Source: an uncultured Gemmatimonadota bacterium (GTDB lineage: Bacteria > SM23-81 > DAOVCL01). Taken from it: a DNA stretch of 64,000 nucleotides. This document shows, piece after piece, positions 17,981-27,947 of this stretch; the stretch's first letter is position 1, and every line of letters begins with the position of its first letter. A model generated the notes under the pieces. It saw nothing but the letters and a program-made list of their open reading frames with translations. It ran no database searches and was not told the origin of the DNA. The stretch spans positions 24,321-88,320 of the forward strand of contig CAZVGK010000009.1 in NCBI GenBank assembly GCA_964626665.1. The letters run 5' to 3'. A program made the translations under genes and the position numbers.

Positions 17981-20287
17981 ATGAGAACCAAAATTCTATT
18001 TGCGATTTTGATATCGGCTATGTTGGTTTTGTCCCTGGGACTTGGCAAAACAAGTGCACAGTGTGCCGATTCTATGATTGCCTCTAATGGGGAGGGATAC
18101 CCCGGTGATGCAGGGATAATTGTTCCCATCTATGGCCAAGTTTGTGGTCTAGATATAGGGGGAACCTTAGAGGATTTGGATGCGGTCAGCTTTGCCATGC
18201 AATATGACACCAGCCTTGTGGTCTGCGACACTATTTTGTATGATGTGAGTGATCCTGTTTATCCAAGCTTCTACGATAGTATTCCCCATCCCTTCTTCTG
18301 GGCTCCTTACATTGACCCCTCTGGTTATGTCACCGTAGGGTTTGCCTTCCATATGCTTGGAGATCCTGACATACCTCCTGGTTATTATCGGATGTTTGAC
18401 TTAGTTTTTAAGGTAAAGTCTGGGGCTACTCCGGGGGATACGCCATTAGACATTGAAGATGGAATAGGCGATATAACAAATGCTTTCACTTATGTAACCA
18501 CTGATGTTTATCCCGAGAAAGTTGACGGCAGCTTTACAATTTTGGGTGAGAGCTATGGTGTTATTGCAGGAACAGTTACTAATGAAGAGACAACGGGGCC
18601 TATAATTGGGGCATATGTTACTGCCAATGGATTTTCTGATCAGACAGATACCGAGGGATATTATCTTGTTCCTAACCTCTCGGTTGGAAGCTATAACGTA
18701 GTTGCTTCTGCTATTGGCTTTGAATCAGATACTGTCTCAGAAGTTCAAGTTACAGTCGGTGAAACTACTACAGTCGATTTTGCTTTAACTCCTTCGGAGT
18801 GTGTGAACACTCTTTTCGCTGGCAATGGTTCTGGAATAGGAGGAGATACAGTTGTTATTCCTATTACTGCTATGAACTGTGGAGAATTAGACGGCTACAC
18901 AATCAGTTTGTCCTACAACTACAATGAATTGGAGGCAGAAAGAGTAGACACGGCTGGTACAGCAACAGGAGCGGTATCACCAGTAGCTCTATTCGAGACC
19001 TATTCTTGCCATTTCGGCGATGAGGGATGGGTAGCCATCAAATGTGTGATCAGCGAAGATCATTCAAAGTTCATTCCACCTGGCCCTAATAATGTTTTGG
19101 CCAAGGTCGTGTTTTCAGCCAGGCCTGCTCCTCCCGATACAAGTGATCTGAAATTTAGAATCTATCCTGAAGCTACATGCCCGGGAACACGCATAGAGAA
19201 CGAATTCATTTATGGAACCCTTGAATGCAAGCCCAATTTAATCCCTGGTTCCTTCATCACGCTTCCTGCTTTTGTACGAGGCGATTACGATGGCAATGGT
19301 CACTTTTCTATGGTTGATGCGCTCGCTTTATTGGCGTGGGTATATCACCAGCCAGGTAGATTTCCAACCACTTGCATGGATGGTGCTGACTACAACGATG
19401 ATGGGGCTCTATCTATGGCTGACGCTGTTAGCGAGCTTACATGGTTATATCATCAGCCTGGTGGAATGCCACCAGCTCCCCCTTACCCGACGTGTGGAAT
19501 AGATCCTACACCTGACGACCCCTTTGAGTGTAGGTGGTATGAACTCTGTATGAGTAATGATAAGGTAATCTATGCTAAACCCTCTCCGGTTAACTTTAAG
19601 GGCGCTGCGAACAGGGTTGTAGTGGGCCAACAGGCTTCAGTATCTGAGGGGCACAATGTAACTGTTCCGGTGGTTGTGAAAAATGCGGAGGCACTGGGTG
19701 GTTTGGAACTTTCAATTAACTTTGATCCTCAAGTTTTAATCGCTAAATCGGTGGATAATTCTGAGGATTTTGATCTGTTTTTCCCCGACATAAATAATCG
19801 GGCCGGTAGGGTTACGATAGGATGTGTTCCTAGCCTAAGGATGGAGAAAGGATTGCAACCCGGTAACCATCAGATAGCGAACGTTACTTTTGAAATTGAT
19901 GTGAATAAGTTTGAGCAGAGAGTAATTTTAAAGTTATCTGATGTTGCTCTTTATGATTTGGGAGTGAATAGGTTACCTGCCGAATGGCAAAACGGGTGGG
20001 TGAAATCTACTTTATCACTACCTAAGGAATATGTCTTGGAGCAAAACTTCCCTAATCCTTTTAATCCGGTGACTCGGATTCGGTATGCTTTGCCTCATAA
20101 CAGTAAGGTGAGATTGGAGATCTACAACATTGTTGGGGAGAGGGTAGCGGTTTTGGTGGATGGACATCAGAAGGCAGGATACAAGGTAGCTAGCTGGAAT
20201 GCTAAGGATATGGCCTCTGGTGTCTACTTCTATCGGCTGAGGGCGGGTGACTTTACTTCCATCAAGAAGATGGTCGTCTTGCGGTAA
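17981..20287 (+). CDS. Non-catalytic scaffoldin-like protein: cohesin-like, Ig, cohesin-like, dockerin-like, cohesin-like, CTD
   Basis: Signal peptide; GDAGIIVPIY...VSFAMQYD; GDTVVIPI...YTISLSYN; FVRGDYDGNG dockerin; VTVPVVVKN...LSINFDP; CTD. Confidence 0.75.
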   Translation: MRTKILFAILISAMLVLSLGLGKTSAQCADSMIASNGEGYPGDAGIIVPIYGQVCGLDIGGTLEDLDAVSFAMQYDTSLVVCDTILYDVSDPVYPSFYDSIPHPFFWAPYIDPSGYVTVGFAFHMLGDPDIPPGYYRMFDLVFKVKSGATPGDTPLDIEDGIGDITNAFTYVTTDVYPEKVDGSFTILGESYGVIAGTVTNEETTGPIIGAYVTANGFSDQTDTEGYYLVPNLSVGSYNVVASAIGFESDTVSEVQVTVGETTTVDFALTPSECVNTLFAGNGSGIGGDTVVIPITAMNCGELDGYTISLSYNYNELEAERVDTAGTATGAVSPVALFETYSCHFGDEGWVAIKCVISEDHSKFIPPGPNNVLAKVVFSARPAPPDTSDLKFRIYPEATCPGTRIENEFIYGTLECKPNLIPGSFITLPAFVRGDYDGNGHFSMVDALALLAWVYHQPGRFPTTCMDGADYNDDGALSMADAVSELTWLYHQPGGMPPAPPYPTCGIDPTPDDPFECRWYELCMSNDKVIYAKPSPVNFKGAANRVVVGQQASVSEGHNVTVPVVVKNAEALGGLELSINFDPQVLIAKSVDNSEDFDLFFPDINNRAGRVTIGCVPSLRMEKGLQPGNHQIANVTFEIDVNKFEQRVILKLSDVALYDLGVNRLPAEWQNGWVKSTLSLPKEYVLEQNFPNPFNPVTRIRYALPHNSKVRLEIYNIVGERVAVLVDGHQKAGYKVASWNAKDMASGVYFYRLRAGDFTSIKKMVVLR

Positions 20288-20324
20288 TATAATTCCCAAA
20301 GATAGGGAAACAAAAATTATAAAG

Positions 20325-20362
20325 AGGGTAGGGAGAAGTGAATTAACTCCCTACCCTATTTT
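20325..20362 (+). terminator. Intrinsic terminator
   Basis: AGGGTAGGGAG...CTCCCTACCCT + ATTTT after stop. Confidence 0.65.
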
Positions 20363-20497
20363 ATAACAAGGAAGTAGCCTGATTTCTAACCTCTCAGGTT
20401 TGACCCAGAAAGAAGTTGATCTATGGTGACTTCCTGCAAGAGATTCCCGATGGCAGTAATCTTGAGGGGTCTCGATCAATTTTTTTTAAAAAAATTC

Positions 20498-20526
20498 TTG
20501 ACATGTGATTAAAGGTTTGCTATTAT
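20498..20526 (+). promoter_or_regulatory. sigma70-type promoter
   Basis: TTGACA-17 nt-TATTAT with upstream A/T tract. Confidence 0.7.
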
Positions 20527-20708
20527 AGCCAAAAGTAAGGGGAAATTGAAGTACAATCAAAAAAGTAAGGAGGTGATGCAGGGGTTATATGTGGTTCAAG
20601 ATGGTTTATTATCGACAGGAGGCAAGGGGATGTATTATAGGGCGCTTTGGAAGGGATGAAAGTGAAACAGCGGTTTAACAGGCGGTCCTAAAATAAAGGA
20701 GTGGTAAA

Positions 20709-22319
20709 ATGAAGGGCAAAAATGTTTTTACAACTGTAGTTTTAGTTGCTTTTGTTTTTCTTTCGGTATTTGTTTCCAACGCAAAAGCACAATGTGTAGA
20801 TTCGATTATTGTATCTGATGCGGTTGGTGCACCGGGTGATACCGGTGTAGTTGTTCCCGTGTATGGCAGAGTCTGTGGCCTGGATATAGGGGGGAATTTG
20901 GAGGATTTGGATGGCGTTAGCTTTGCCATGCAATATGATACCAGCCTTGTGGTCTGCGAGGAGGTTTTGTATGATGTGAGTGACCCTGTCTATCCGAGTT
21001 TTCACGATAGCATTCCCAATCCCTTCTTTTGGGCCCCTTACATTGACCCTTCTGGCTATGTCACCGTAGGGCTTGCCTTCGCTATGTTGGGAACACCTGA
21101 CATACCGCCTGGGTATTATCGGATGTTTGATTTAGTTTTCAGGGTAAAGCCTGGGGCTGCTTCGGGGGATACGCCATTGGATATTGAAGATGGAGTAGGC
21201 GATATAACGAATGCTTTCACCTATGTAACTACTGATATCTATCCGGAGAAGGTTGATGGTGTCTTTACGATAGGGGAATTTTATGGTTCTATTGTGGGAG
21301 TTGTAATGAATGCGGCAACAACTGCTCCTATAAAGAATGTGGCAACTGTTACTGCTGACGGGATTGAATTATCTACCGATGCCCAAGGGGAATACTTTAT
21401 ACAGGACCTGCCAACGGGTTCCTATGATGTCGTGGCAACTGCACCCGTCTGTTTGCCAGATACAGCTGAAGGGGTAGTAGTTAATACAGGTGAGACCACA
21501 GTTCTCGATTTCGGCCTAGTTTGCTTAGACTCCCTATGGATGCCGGACAAAATCTGGGGTGGGCGCTGGTTGACTCGTATAGTCCCCGTGTATGGTAAGT
21601 TTACTGGCTGGCTTGATACTAACGATGTGCTTCAGGACTTAGATGGAATCAGTATTGCTTTCCGATACGATCCTGACTTTTTGATGGGAGATTCAGTGGT
21701 TTATGACATTTCAGATCCTGATGTGCCCTGTTTACACGACAGTATTCCCGAGCCCTGGTTTTGGGGCCCATATATTGACCCTTCTGGCTGGATCACCGTA
21801 GGGGTTGCCTTCGCAATGCTGGGGGAGCCTGATATCCCGCCTGGAAGGTATCATCTATTTGACATCTATTTTCACAAGTTAGTTGAGGATGAATGGACTG
21901 AAGTGGAATTTGCTGATGGAGCTGGAGGTTTGGGAATTGAATTGACTTATGTGACGACTCGGGTTTTCCCTTGGTTTAGTAATGTTCCCTGTTCGGTTTA
22001 CACACTCGTAGAGGAAGTTGAAGATGGAGGACTCTTACCCAGTGCCTACTTGTTAGCTCAGAACTATCCAAATCCATTCAACCCGAAGACCGGGTTTCTC
22101 TATTCCATTCCTCGTCGCTCTATGGTACGATTGGAGATATTCAACCTCTTGGGGGAGAGAATCAAAATTCTGGTTAATGAGGAAGAGGAGGGCGGGAATT
22201 ATAAAGTTACTTGGGATGGGAAAGATGAAACAGGTTCCTCTGTAGCCAGTGGGGTTTACCTCTATCGTCTAAGGGCTGATGGGTTCTCCTCCACCAGAAA
22301 GATGGTACTTTTGAGATAG
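20709..22319 (+). CDS. Scaffoldin-like protein: two related cohesin-like domains separated by an Ig domain, plus CTD
   Basis: Internal duplication 'VPVYG...DLDG.S.A..YD...YD.SDP..P..HDSIP.P.FW.PYIDPSG..TVG.AFAMLG.PDIPPG.Y..FD'; CTD. Confidence 0.75.
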   Translation: MKGKNVFTTVVLVAFVFLSVFVSNAKAQCVDSIIVSDAVGAPGDTGVVVPVYGRVCGLDIGGNLEDLDGVSFAMQYDTSLVVCEEVLYDVSDPVYPSFHDSIPNPFFWAPYIDPSGYVTVGLAFAMLGTPDIPPGYYRMFDLVFRVKPGAASGDTPLDIEDGVGDITNAFTYVTTDIYPEKVDGVFTIGEFYGSIVGVVMNAATTAPIKNVATVTADGIELSTDAQGEYFIQDLPTGSYDVVATAPVCLPDTAEGVVVNTGETTVLDFGLVCLDSLWMPDKIWGGRWLTRIVPVYGKFTGWLDTNDVLQDLDGISIAFRYDPDFLMGDSVVYDISDPDVPCLHDSIPEPWFWGPYIDPSGWITVGVAFAMLGEPDIPPGRYHLFDIYFHKLVEDEWTEVEFADGAGGLGIELTYVTTRVFPWFSNVPCSVYTLVEEVEDGGLLPSAYLLAQNYPNPFNPKTGFLYSIPRRSMVRLEIFNLLGERIKILVNEEEEGGNYKVTWDGKDETGSSVASGVYLYRLRADGFSSTRKMVLLR

Positions 22320-22345
22320 AGCCGAGTGGGAGGTTTGCGGAATCC

Positions 22346-22380
22346 AAAGGGGGAGCAGATTCTTGATTTGCTCCCCCTTT
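22346..22380 (+). terminator. Intrinsic terminator
   Basis: AAAGGGGGAGCA...TGCTCCCCCTTT. Confidence 0.7.
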
Positions 22381-22424
22381 ATGTTGGGTAGTGGAATATT
22401 AGCAGAAATATGGCAAAAATAAAC

Positions 22425-22453
22425 TTGACAAAATTTAATGAGTTTAGTATATT
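22425..22453 (+). promoter_or_regulatory. sigma70-type promoter, ~600 nt upstream of next CDS
   Basis: TTGACA-17 nt-TATATT. Confidence 0.65.
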
Positions 22454-23053
22454 TAGTGTTGAATTTGGTTGTATAAACTAAGAAAGAAGAAGTCATAAGG
22501 AACTTGGCTGCTTTCTTAAGGGTGTGGTTCCAATGCCATAATGCGGAGTTGGCGCATTCTCGGTTTCGTAGCTATAAAGGTAAGAGCCCAAAGGCTAGAC
22601 AGCGGAAGTGAGGGGATCAATTGGTGGTTCTACCTTGTGATGTTTATACGGTTTAGGCGATAATAAAACTCCCCAGCATAAGCCCCAAGGGGAAGATCAC
22701 ACAACTCTCCCAGTTGGGAGTGCTCGCCTTTAGGTCTTCCTCGAAGATCTTTGTCTGAGCAAACTCCTTTACGGTTTGAGCTAATACCTGCGACACCTCT
22801 TCTGTTGCTCTATATACCCAGGCCTCACCTTCTGGTCTCCCCTTGAAAAGGACATCCTCAATAGGACCGCTTCAGAGCTGATTACTCAAGAAAAACACAT
22901 AGACTCTCCTCTTAGGGACGCTTCATCCAGGCTATTGGCAAACCTCCTAACCTAAACGTTGTTGCATCATAAGATGGACTGTTCAAAAATCATGAAGTAT
23001 GCCGTATTCATATTTAAAGTCTTTATAGGACACGACGAACAAGGAGGAACAAG

Positions 23054-24598
23054 ATGAAAAGGAAGTCTCTCCTGTTGTTATTGGTGTCTGCCCTTATCGG
23101 CTGGGTAGGATCCTCTGATGCCACAGCCCAGGATATATGCTTTGGTCCCAGCATCAGGGTGAGCGACTCCACCGAAATGCCTCGGGTTGGTCCTTCCATC
23201 GCCGTGGATACTTGCAGCAATATAAATGTGGTCTGGTGGGATTGCCGTGATGGCTTTGAGTCTAAAGACATTTACTTCTCCAGATCCACTGACGAGGGAT
23301 TAACCTGGAGCACAAGTGTCAAGGTAAACGATGAATTCCCCGGAAACTGCATAAATCCTTCTTTAGATGTTGATGATTCTGGCAATCTCTATGTGGCCTG
23401 GGAAGACCACCGAAATGGCTCTGACATCTACTTTACCACATCCTCAGATAGCGGAGGGACCTGGACCCATCCCAATGTCAGGGTAAACGAGCATAGCACA
23501 AGAGGGAGCTATAATCCATCTTTAGCCGTAGATGATAACGGAAATATTTATGTAACCTGGACAGACGATAGGAATGGTCCTTCTGACATCTATTTTGCCA
23601 AATCTACAGATGGGGGGAGCACCTGGACCACACCCAATATGAAGGTGAACAGCCCCTCAACTGGCTACCAGCTTCTCTCCCATGTAGCCGTAGGTGATGG
23701 CGGGTGGGTCTATGCTGTCTGGTGTGACAATAGAACCGGGGTTTGGGATGGCTTTTTCTCCATGTCCAAGGACAGCGGAAGGACATGGTCACCTGATGTG
23801 AGGGTCAATGATGATGACCACAGACATGTAGATGACCCCCGTGTGGCAGTGGGCAAGGATGGGGCCATCTATGTTGTCTGGAAAGTTGGTGGCATCTACT
23901 TGGCCAAGTCCACAGACGATGGGGAGACCTGGACTTCTCCCAATATCAAGGTAAACAGTGATTCCTTGGATATGATAGGGTACTCCCAGCCTTGTATATC
24001 GGTAGGTGATAGTGAGAAAGTGTATGTTGTCTGGAGGGCCCGTAATGGACAAGATTACACCACACATATCTATTTTGCCATGTCCAGTGATAGCGGCACT
24101 ACCTGGACAGACCCCGAGATGCGGGTGGACGATAGCCTCTGCATTGCTGGAGAATATCCCTCCCTGGATGTGGACCCCTTGGGGAATATCTATGTGGCTT
24201 GGGATGGGTCGCGCATAACAGTGCACCCAGTGGAGATCTACTTCGCTCTGGGGAAGCCAACAAACACGATCGTTACCGAAGCACTACCAAATGTCATACC
24301 TAAAACATTTAAACTATCTCAGAACTACCCCAATCCCTTTAACCCCACTACAATTATACGCTACACCATTCCAGATAGAGATAGAGAGGGGAGACCGCAT
24401 CGCACCACCCTAAAAGTCTACAACATCTTGGGGCAGGAGATAAGGAAACTGGTCGAGGAAGAGCAGAGACCTGGTTTTTATACCATCTGTTGGGATGGAA
24501 AGGACTATAATGAAAAAAAAATGGGAAGTGGCATCTATTTTTGCAGGCTTCAGTGCGGTGATTTTGTAGCCACTAAAAAGGTTGTTCTGCTTAAGTAG
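23054..24598 (+). CDS. Secreted BNR/Asp-box repeat (sialidase-like beta-propeller) protein with CTD
   Basis: Six S.D.G.TW Asp boxes; signal peptide; CTD. Confidence 0.85.
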   Translation: MKRKSLLLLLVSALIGWVGSSDATAQDICFGPSIRVSDSTEMPRVGPSIAVDTCSNINVVWWDCRDGFESKDIYFSRSTDEGLTWSTSVKVNDEFPGNCINPSLDVDDSGNLYVAWEDHRNGSDIYFTTSSDSGGTWTHPNVRVNEHSTRGSYNPSLAVDDNGNIYVTWTDDRNGPSDIYFAKSTDGGSTWTTPNMKVNSPSTGYQLLSHVAVGDGGWVYAVWCDNRTGVWDGFFSMSKDSGRTWSPDVRVNDDDHRHVDDPRVAVGKDGAIYVVWKVGGIYLAKSTDDGETWTSPNIKVNSDSLDMIGYSQPCISVGDSEKVYVVWRARNGQDYTTHIYFAMSSDSGTTWTDPEMRVDDSLCIAGEYPSLDVDPLGNIYVAWDGSRITVHPVEIYFALGKPTNTIVTEALPNVIPKTFKLSQNYPNPFNPTTIIRYTIPDRDREGRPHRTTLKVYNILGQEIRKLVEEEQRPGFYTICWDGKDYNEKKMGSGIYFCRLQCGDFVATKKVVLLK

Positions 24599-24925
24599 TT
24601 GTGAGGAACCAAGATAATAATTCAGGCCCGATAGCCTTTAAGGGTGATCCTGGAGGTGATCAAAATGTGCACCTGAGGGTCTTCTCTTTCAATCTTTAGC
24701 TTTTAACCTCAAGAAGGAGGCACAAGATGACCAGCATAAAGATCTGATAGCATTTTCTCCAATTTTGCGGCAATTGTCTGTTTTTTAATATAAAGTTAAA
24801 ACATTTGCAAAGCAGAAAAATGGGCCAAGAGCTCTCAGTGAATCTGGGAGGTGGTGTCTGTGGGAAAACAGTGGAGTATTGGACAAGTGCGCAAAGGATT
24901 TTTAGCTTTTTTAGGAGGAGGAATA

Positions 24926-27900
24926 ATGAAAACAAAGATTCTACTTGCAGTTTTGCTATTGGCTATGCTGGCCTTGCCCTTAGATACTGGCAGGGTGAAC
25001 GCGCAGCAGTGTGCCGATTCTATGATTGTCTCTAATGGAGAGGGATATCCCGGTGATACAGGGATAGTTGTTCCTATATATGGCAGAGTTTGCGGCCTGG
25101 ATATAGGGGGGAATTTAGAGGATTTGGATGGGGTAAGCTTTGCCATTCAATATGATACCAGCCTCGTCGTCTGCGAGGAGGTCTTATATGATGTAAGTGA
25201 TCCTGTTTATCCGAGTTTTCATGATAGTATTCCCAATCCTTTCTTTTGGGCTCCTTACATTGACCTTTCTGGCTATGTCACTGTAGGTCTTGCCTTTGCT
25301 ATGCTGGGAACACCTGACATACCGCCAGGATATTATCGGATGTTTGATTTAGTTTTTTCCGTTAAACCTGGGGCTACTCCAGGGAATACGTCTTTAGACA
25401 TTGAGGATGGCGTTGGCGGTATAACGAATGCCTTCACCTATGTAACCACGGATGTTTATCCGGAGAAGGTTGATGGTGTTTTTACGATTTTGGCTCATTA
25501 TGGTGGAGTTTCGGGGATAGTTGAGAATAAGGATACTTCCCAACCTATCTCAGAGGGAGTGGTTAAGATTAGCGGTGGTGATTCAACTTTTACTAACTCC
25601 AGTGGGTATTATTACCTTGACGCCACTACTGGTCCACACACCGTCATCGCCAGGGCAATGGGCTTTGATCCCGATACGGCAGAGGTCACAGTTGTAGAGG
25701 GAGATACACTCACGGTCAATTTCTCCTTGACCCCTCATTATGGGAGCATTGGTGGAACGGTTGCTGATTCGGAATTTGTGCATATTTCCGGAGCTGTAGT
25801 GACTGCAGGGGGTAAAAGTGATCTCACCAGCGGTGATGGAACATACCAGATCGATAACCTTTTGGTCGGAACCTATACGGTTACCGCTTCGGCCAGCGGG
25901 TATTATCAGAATGTCAAGTCAGGGATTGAGGTTCAGGAGGGGGAGGTAACCACTGTTGATTTCGTTTTGGCTCGCCAGGGGCTTGCTTCGCCAGTGAATC
26001 TGGAGGCTATATCTGAGTTGGATAGCCATGTCCCCCTCAACTGGCAATCGCCCTATTCGGGCATTTCTATTCTCTTGGTGGATGATGACGGGAGTTCCGG
26101 AACCGGATATGCTGATGTCTCAAACTATTTTACCGACGTCTTGGACTCTGCTGGATATTCTTATACACATCTGGAGGTCGAATATCCTAACAATGGCCCC
26201 GATTCAACGGTTTTAAGGGATTATGATGTGGTTATCTGGTTCACCGGGGAGACGGCGGGGAATCATCCAGAAGATACAATCACCCCTGATGATGAGGTCA
26301 ACCTGGCCGCTTATCTCAGATCTGGGGGAACCCTTTTTCTCTCCTCTCAGGATTACTTCAAGGACAGGTATCCCGGTTCAGGGGCCTTCACTCCCGGGGA
26401 TTTTCCTTATGATTATCTGCAGGTTGACTCCACCTACCAGGATTACTGGGTCGGACAGACCACGGGCCAGATCTATGGGGAGGATAACTCAATAGCTCAG
26501 GGACTCTGTTTTACTACCCAGGATCCGTTTAGCAGGAAGGATGGGCTGTATGTAGATAGGATTTTTACTCAGGCAGTTGAACTCTTAAAGGATAATCCGA
26601 GTGAAATTCCAGGTCCTGATCGAGGGATCTGTGCCCTTCAGCATGACAGTGGTGTTTACAGGTTTGTGTTTACCACCTTTTCTTTCCCTGGCTTGGTCGA
26701 TTCGTATACACCTTTATGTTCAGGGAGAAGAGTTAGGCTGATGTACAATATCATCCAGTTTCTGGCCCATGGAGAGGTAGGTGAAGGAGGGCTTCTGTTG
26801 AATTATAGCCTCTATCGGGGCGATTCTCCTGGATTTGAGCCTTCACCCTCTAACCTTATAGCTATCTTATCCCCTTGGGTGACCATTTATGATGATACCT
26901 CAGTTACCAATGGACGGACTTATTACTATAAGGTTACTGCAATCTATGAAGGAGGGGAGAGTGATCCTTCCAATGAGGTCTCGGCAATGCCCTGGGTGGC
27001 CCATAACCCCGAGCCATTTAGCCTTCTTAGCCCAGCAGATGGCGATACCGTCTGGCAGCTATCGGCAACCCCGACCTGGCATCAGACGACGGATCCCGAC
27101 CCTGGAGATACCTTAACCTACAGTCTCTTCTGGGATACGGACTCTGCTTTCAGCCATCCGGATAGCTTACCAGGCCTCACAGATACCACCGTTGTTATCT
27201 CTGACCTTTCCGATGAGACCACTTACTGGTGGAAGGTGAAGGCGGTGGATACCAACACATCCGGCCGATGGAGCGAGGAGACATTTAGCTTTACGACTTA
27301 TTACCCGGAGCCACCGGAGGAGTTCAGTCTCATTTATCCCCAGGATGGGGACACGGCTATATCTTTACTGCCGACTTTAGCCTGGCATCCAGCCCCTGAT
27401 CCCGATACTGGTGATAGGATAACCTATTCGCTGATTTATTCAACCCACAATGATTTCTCAGATTCGGTGATGATCCCCGGGCTGGAGGATACAAGCTATG
27501 CCTTTGCGGACAGCCTGCAGCCGGAGACAGACTACTACTGGAAGGCGTTGGCCAAAGACAGGTTTGATCTAATCACCCAGTGTGCGGCCTCCTATCACTT
27601 TACTACTCGTAAGTCCGGTGTGATGGCTATTACTACCCCCGAGTTGCCCAAAACCTATTCCCTTTCTCAGAACTTCCCCAACCCCTTCAATCCAGTTACC
27701 CAAATTAGCTATGCCCTTCCTAAGCCAGGCGGGGTTAACCTCTCGGTTTACAATATATTGGGGGAGGAGATAACTGCTTTGATCGATATTCAGCAGGAGC
27801 CGGGATATTATCGGGTCGTTTGGGATGGAAGGGACGAATTAGGAAGGGAAGTCAGTTCTGGCATCTATTTCTACAGGCTGAGGGCGGGGGATTTTATCTC

Positions 27901-27928
27901 GGTGAGGAGAATGGTGCTTTTAAGGTAG
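24926..27928 (+). CDS. Secreted protein: cohesin-like, two Ig domains, FN3 interrupted by 'LLVDDD' module, two FN3-like repeats, CTD
   Basis: N-terminus nearly identical to that of 7157; GGAGGAGG RBS before ATG 24926; CTD. Confidence 0.8.
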   Translation: MKTKILLAVLLLAMLALPLDTGRVNAQQCADSMIVSNGEGYPGDTGIVVPIYGRVCGLDIGGNLEDLDGVSFAIQYDTSLVVCEEVLYDVSDPVYPSFHDSIPNPFFWAPYIDLSGYVTVGLAFAMLGTPDIPPGYYRMFDLVFSVKPGATPGNTSLDIEDGVGGITNAFTYVTTDVYPEKVDGVFTILAHYGGVSGIVENKDTSQPISEGVVKISGGDSTFTNSSGYYYLDATTGPHTVIARAMGFDPDTAEVTVVEGDTLTVNFSLTPHYGSIGGTVADSEFVHISGAVVTAGGKSDLTSGDGTYQIDNLLVGTYTVTASASGYYQNVKSGIEVQEGEVTTVDFVLARQGLASPVNLEAISELDSHVPLNWQSPYSGISILLVDDDGSSGTGYADVSNYFTDVLDSAGYSYTHLEVEYPNNGPDSTVLRDYDVVIWFTGETAGNHPEDTITPDDEVNLAAYLRSGGTLFLSSQDYFKDRYPGSGAFTPGDFPYDYLQVDSTYQDYWVGQTTGQIYGEDNSIAQGLCFTTQDPFSRKDGLYVDRIFTQAVELLKDNPSEIPGPDRGICALQHDSGVYRFVFTTFSFPGLVDSYTPLCSGRRVRLMYNIIQFLAHGEVGEGGLLLNYSLYRGDSPGFEPSPSNLIAILSPWVTIYDDTSVTNGRTYYYKVTAIYEGGESDPSNEVSAMPWVAHNPEPFSLLSPADGDTVWQLSATPTWHQTTDPDPGDTLTYSLFWDTDSAFSHPDSLPGLTDTTVVISDLSDETTYWWKVKAVDTNTSGRWSEETFSFTTYYPEPPEEFSLIYPQDGDTAISLLPTLAWHPAPDPDTGDRITYSLIYSTHNDFSDSVMIPGLEDTSYAFADSLQPETDYYWKALAKDRFDLITQCAASYHFTTRKSGVMAITTPELPKTYSLSQNFPNPFNPVTQISYALPKPGGVNLSVYNILGEEITALIDIQQEPGYYRVVWDGRDELGREVSSGIYFYRLRAGDFISVRRMVLLR

Positions 27929-27947
27929 GAGAAATAAGCTCTTTGTG

